A DNA stretch of 52,834 nt from Candidatus Eiseniibacteriota bacterium (GTDB lineage: Bacteria > Arandabacterota > Arandabacteria > Arandabacterales > Arandabacteraceae). The translations under genes and the position numbers were made by a program. The stretch spans positions 1 through 52,834 of the forward strand of contig JBDRNT010000148.1 in the NCBI GenBank assembly GCA_043810925.1, given 5' to 3'. Positions 49,905 through 52,834 of the stretch are shown piece by piece. The notes beneath the pieces were generated by a model. The model was not told the DNA's origin. It made no database searches and saw only the letters and a list, made by a program, of their open reading frames with translations. Position 1 is the first letter of the stretch; each line of letters opens with the position of its first letter.

Positions 49905-51029
49905 CTACCTGAACATGGCTTTTATGCTGCCCCAGGTGGAGGGCTCGGTAGCGGTCTCGCAATCAACCGTATAGATCAGCCTGGTGTGGGTCGAATCCAT
50001 CCAAGGACTGTACATCACTGTACCGTACACCCGCGTGGCAAACTCAGGACACTCTGCCCGCCAGCAATTGTAGATGGCCATCAGGGGTGCATCAGCACCA
50101 GTATGATCATAGAAGATGTCCCAACTACCGTTGTCATAGATGTCGTTGGCCAACTCAGGCAACCAGGAACCATTGAACGTGGGACTGGCAATCGGAGGAT
50201 CTGAACCCACGTAGATCCCATACTCCTCGTTGTGAGCTATCACCGAGCGCTTGACGTTACCCCCACAATGCCCCCCGTACGCCATACCGGCGTCACGGCA
50301 ATAGGTTATCTCACAATCCTCGAAGTTGGGCTCGGAGTTCCACACTTCGACTCCCAATCGGCAGTCGGTGATCGTGTTACCCACGAAGTACGGCCTCCCG
50401 GGGTGATAGACCTCATAGCACATGATTCCGGTATTGCAGTTGCGGATCACGTTGTCACGGATAACGGGTTTCCACCACTCAGAAGACTCACCCCATGTCT
50501 CTATGCCAACAGAAATGTCCTCGAGTATGCAATTCTCGACAACAACGTCAGTGCACTCCACGACATTGATCCCGCTGATCCCTCCCATTGGGATATCGCA
50601 ATCCGGCACGTCGGGACGCCAAACCCTGAAGCCGGAGACCCGAGCCCCCTCACAATCCATGAGGAAGATCCCAATCGGGACGCCGCAAATAACAATGTCA
50701 GTCGCCTCAGCGCCCTGCTTCCCCACCAGAGCCACACCTGCCTTGAGCTGGATCCATGTCTCGGGATCGTCAGTCTTCATGTAAGTGCCCGGCCCTACGA
50801 GCACCGTGTCGCCATAGGAGGCGGAGTCAAGGGCCGCATGGATCACTGATGCGCTGCCCGTGCTGTCAGGTCCGACATGCCACGTGCGCGCTGTGGCCCC
50901 GGAGGCCATCAGCAGAAGAAGCGCCAGTACCACCAATGCCGGACGAGCAAGGCGGTGTGTCGAAGCATACCTAACCATAAGGCTCGCAACCTTCCTTACT
51001 GACCTGATCTGACTCCATATTATCATCAA
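49905..51029 (-). CDS. Secreted right-handed beta-helix protein with STWGSIKAMFR tail (start may be ATG 50978)
   Basis: Signal peptide, GDTVLVGPGTY, repeated N/C-rich coils (IRDNVIRNC, FVGNTITDC). Confidence 0.82.
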   Translation of the reverse strand: MMIIWSQIRSVRKVASLMVRYASTHRLARPALVVLALLLLMASGATARTWHVGPDSTGSASVIHAALDSASYGDTVLVGPGTYMKTDDPETWIQLKAGVALVGKQGAEATDIVICGVPIGIFLMDCEGARVSGFRVWRPDVPDCDIPMGGISGINVVECTDVVVENCILEDISVGIETWGESSEWWKPVIRDNVIRNCNTGIMCYEVYHPGRPYFVGNTITDCRLGVEVWNSEPNFEDCEITYCRDAGMAYGGHCGGNVKRSVIAHNEEYGIYVGSDPPIASPTFNGSWLPELANDIYDNGSWDIFYDHTGADAPLMAIYNCWRAECPEFATRVYGTVMYSPWMDSTHTRLIYTVDCETATEPSTWGSIKAMFR

Positions 51030-51056
51030 TCTCCCACTTAATCAATGACGGCAGAG

Positions 51057-51244
51057 ATCAGGTGACGGTTTACTAATTCCTACTCAGGATAGGTGGAAGA
51101 CATGGCCGTGGCCAAGAGGCCTCTAATCCAAAATTCGGAATCCGAAAATCGGTGACAGTTTGCTAATTACGAGGATAATCTTTAAACTGTCACCTAATTG
51201 CTTTGCGGGGACGGCGCCATAATTAGTAAGCTGGTACCGAATTA
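51057..51244. repeat. Four AT-rich GGTGACA-type repeats (right cluster)
   Basis: GGTGACGGTTTACTAATT (51061), GGTGACAGTTTGCTAATT (51151), AAACTGTCACCTAATT (51184), ATAATTAGTAAGCTGGTACCGAATTA (51219). Confidence 0.75.
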
Positions 51245-51262
51245 CTATGAGGAGGTTGAGAG

Positions 51263-52834
51263 ATGAGAGTTTTGGGAACTGCGTGCGTGCTCATCGTTCT
51301 AGCGGTCAATGTCTGCAGTGCCCTTGATACGAATCGAATTGGTGAGTTCACGCAAGACCTCGAGGATGCACTCTCAAGTATGGGGCTCACTCCCGCCGAC
51401 CTCCGTATCCGGCATGACTACGCCAGGCCCGATGTCTTTAGACTTCCACTGGTTGATTCGCTGATGTATGACCCCTCAAGCCTGCTTGAGAGGACAGAGA
51501 CTCTGGCCGCCGAGATCGAAGCCGAATCTCTGGTCGCCGAGATCGCCTACCTCCTCTGGGAAGCGATGTCTGTTGAACCGGATGACATACCGGATGGGGC
51601 CCCCGGACGAAGCGAAATCAGGGATGTGGTCGGTAGTTTCGCCCACCTGCCCCACGGGCTCAGGCATGCCGTTTCGACTTACCTCGACCACATCGAAATC
51701 GCACGCACTCTGCGCGGCCGTGCTATCGGCGATGTCGAACCCCATCTTGACTTTCTCTATGAGAACTACCCATCGCTGGTCTCGCCCAGTCCCGAGTATG
51801 AGCAGGTTGGACCATTTGAGCTTTATGAGCTCGAGAAGGCTGAAGAAGCGCTGACCGATTCAGTGCTTCACCTCTCCGAGGCCATCGATATAGGTGCCGT
51901 TGCATCCATGACCTATGTTGCGGTCCAGGCGGCTGAAGATCTGCGTATCGACATTGAGCACCTGCTGCCGCTCCGCGCCGGATACGTACGCTACCGCGGC
52001 GGTAAGACGACCTTTCACAACGACAAGGCGACTGTGACCGGTAAGATCGCATATCTCGGTCTCACCGAGTTCGGGCCCGTTGTGATCGGCGGGCCAAGCA
52101 GCAACAAGTATAAGGGCTGCTTCGCCTTGATTCTCGATCCCGACGGAGACGATATCTATGATCTCACCGACCAGCCCGAGATAAGTTTCAGACTCATCGT
52201 GGATTACACAGGTAATGACATCTATGAGTCGCAAGGTCGAGCAGGTGTCGCGGGTGCTATCTTCGGCACATCGATCCTGATGGATCGTGAGGGCGGTGAC
52301 ACCTACCGGTCGAGAAACATATCGCTCGGTGCAGGCATATGCGGTACGGGCATGCTACTCGACGGCCGGGGTGATGACTCCTACATATCAGGGGGATTCT
52401 CCCAGGGTGCAGGGTTCCTCGGGATCGGCATACTCAGGGACTCACGCGGCAACGATACCTATGTCGCCGAGATGCAGTCACAGGCATTCGGCTATGTGAT
52501 GGGTAGCGGTCTCCTGTTTGACCAGGGCGGTCATGATACCTACCACACCAAGATGGCGTACACCGATATCCTCCGTTATGACGACCACTTTCTGACTCTT
52601 TCCCAGGGTTGCGCCTTCGGATCGCGGCCCGACTACTCGGGAGGTATAGGCCTCCTGATCGATTCCGCCGGTAACGATCTCTACTCCAGCGATATCTTCG
52701 GCCAGGGCGTGGCTTACTGGTTTGGCGTCGGAGCACTGATAGACCGCGGCGGCCACGATCGTTACTGCTCATACCAGTATGCACAGGGAGCGGGAATCCA
52801 TCTTGCCTTTGGGCTCCTCCTCGATGAGAGCGGC
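51263..52834 (+). CDS. Secreted repeat protein (G.G.L.D..G.D.Y repeats), truncated by the window end; absent from the ORF track
   Basis: ATG after GAGGAGG; MRVLGTACVLIVLAVNVCSA signal; repeats such as GTGMLLDGRGDDSY, GIGILRDSRGNDTY, GIGLLIDSAGNDLY. Confidence 0.8.
   Translation, partial: MRVLGTACVLIVLAVNVCSALDTNRIGEFTQDLEDALSSMGLTPADLRIRHDYARPDVFRLPLVDSLMYDPSSLLERTETLAAEIEAESLVAEIAYLLWEAMSVEPDDIPDGAPGRSEIRDVVGSFAHLPHGLRHAVSTYLDHIEIARTLRGRAIGDVEPHLDFLYENYPSLVSPSPEYEQVGPFELYELEKAEEALTDSVLHLSEAIDIGAVASMTYVAVQAAEDLRIDIEHLLPLRAGYVRYRGGKTTFHNDKATVTGKIAYLGLTEFGPVVIGGPSSNKYKGCFALILDPDGDDIYDLTDQPEISFRLIVDYTGNDIYESQGRAGVAGAIFGTSILMDREGGDTYRSRNISLGAGICGTGMLLDGRGDDSYISGGFSQGAGFLGIGILRDSRGNDTYVAEMQSQAFGYVMGSGLLFDQGGHDTYHTKMAYTDILRYDDHFLTLSQGCAFGSRPDYSGGIGLLIDSAGNDLYSSDIFGQGVAYWFGVGALIDRGGHDRYCSYQYAQGAGIHLAFGLLLDESG

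Overview
Chromosomal window from a GC-rich diderm bacterium, probably an FCB-superphylum candidate lineage (inference from T9SS-like CTDs and a PorV-like gene). No tRNA, rRNA, CRISPR array, transposase, integrase or phage gene is visible. Housekeeping and signalling genes: polX-ligA, a DRG-like GTPase, carD-like, mscS, a eukaryotic-type citrate synthase, an RsbU-like phosphatase and rmuC. Six peptidase genes: an M16 pair, S49/SppA, M42, M1 and M28. There is an ArsR-permease-thioredoxin-CcdA operon. The most interesting content is surface-protein export: (i) a TonB-dependent receptor-PorV-like-CTD-protein operon; (ii) an SppA fused to a PorV/FadL-like barrel; (iii) four secreted proteins of two unrelated folds ending in the same ~15-residue S(T/S)WGxIKxMF(R/K) tail. 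Several short palindromic repeat families sit in the intergenic DNA. They bracket the tail-bearing genes, and a ~80-nt conserved element occurs in three places. All family calls come from manual motif recognition; no searches were run.
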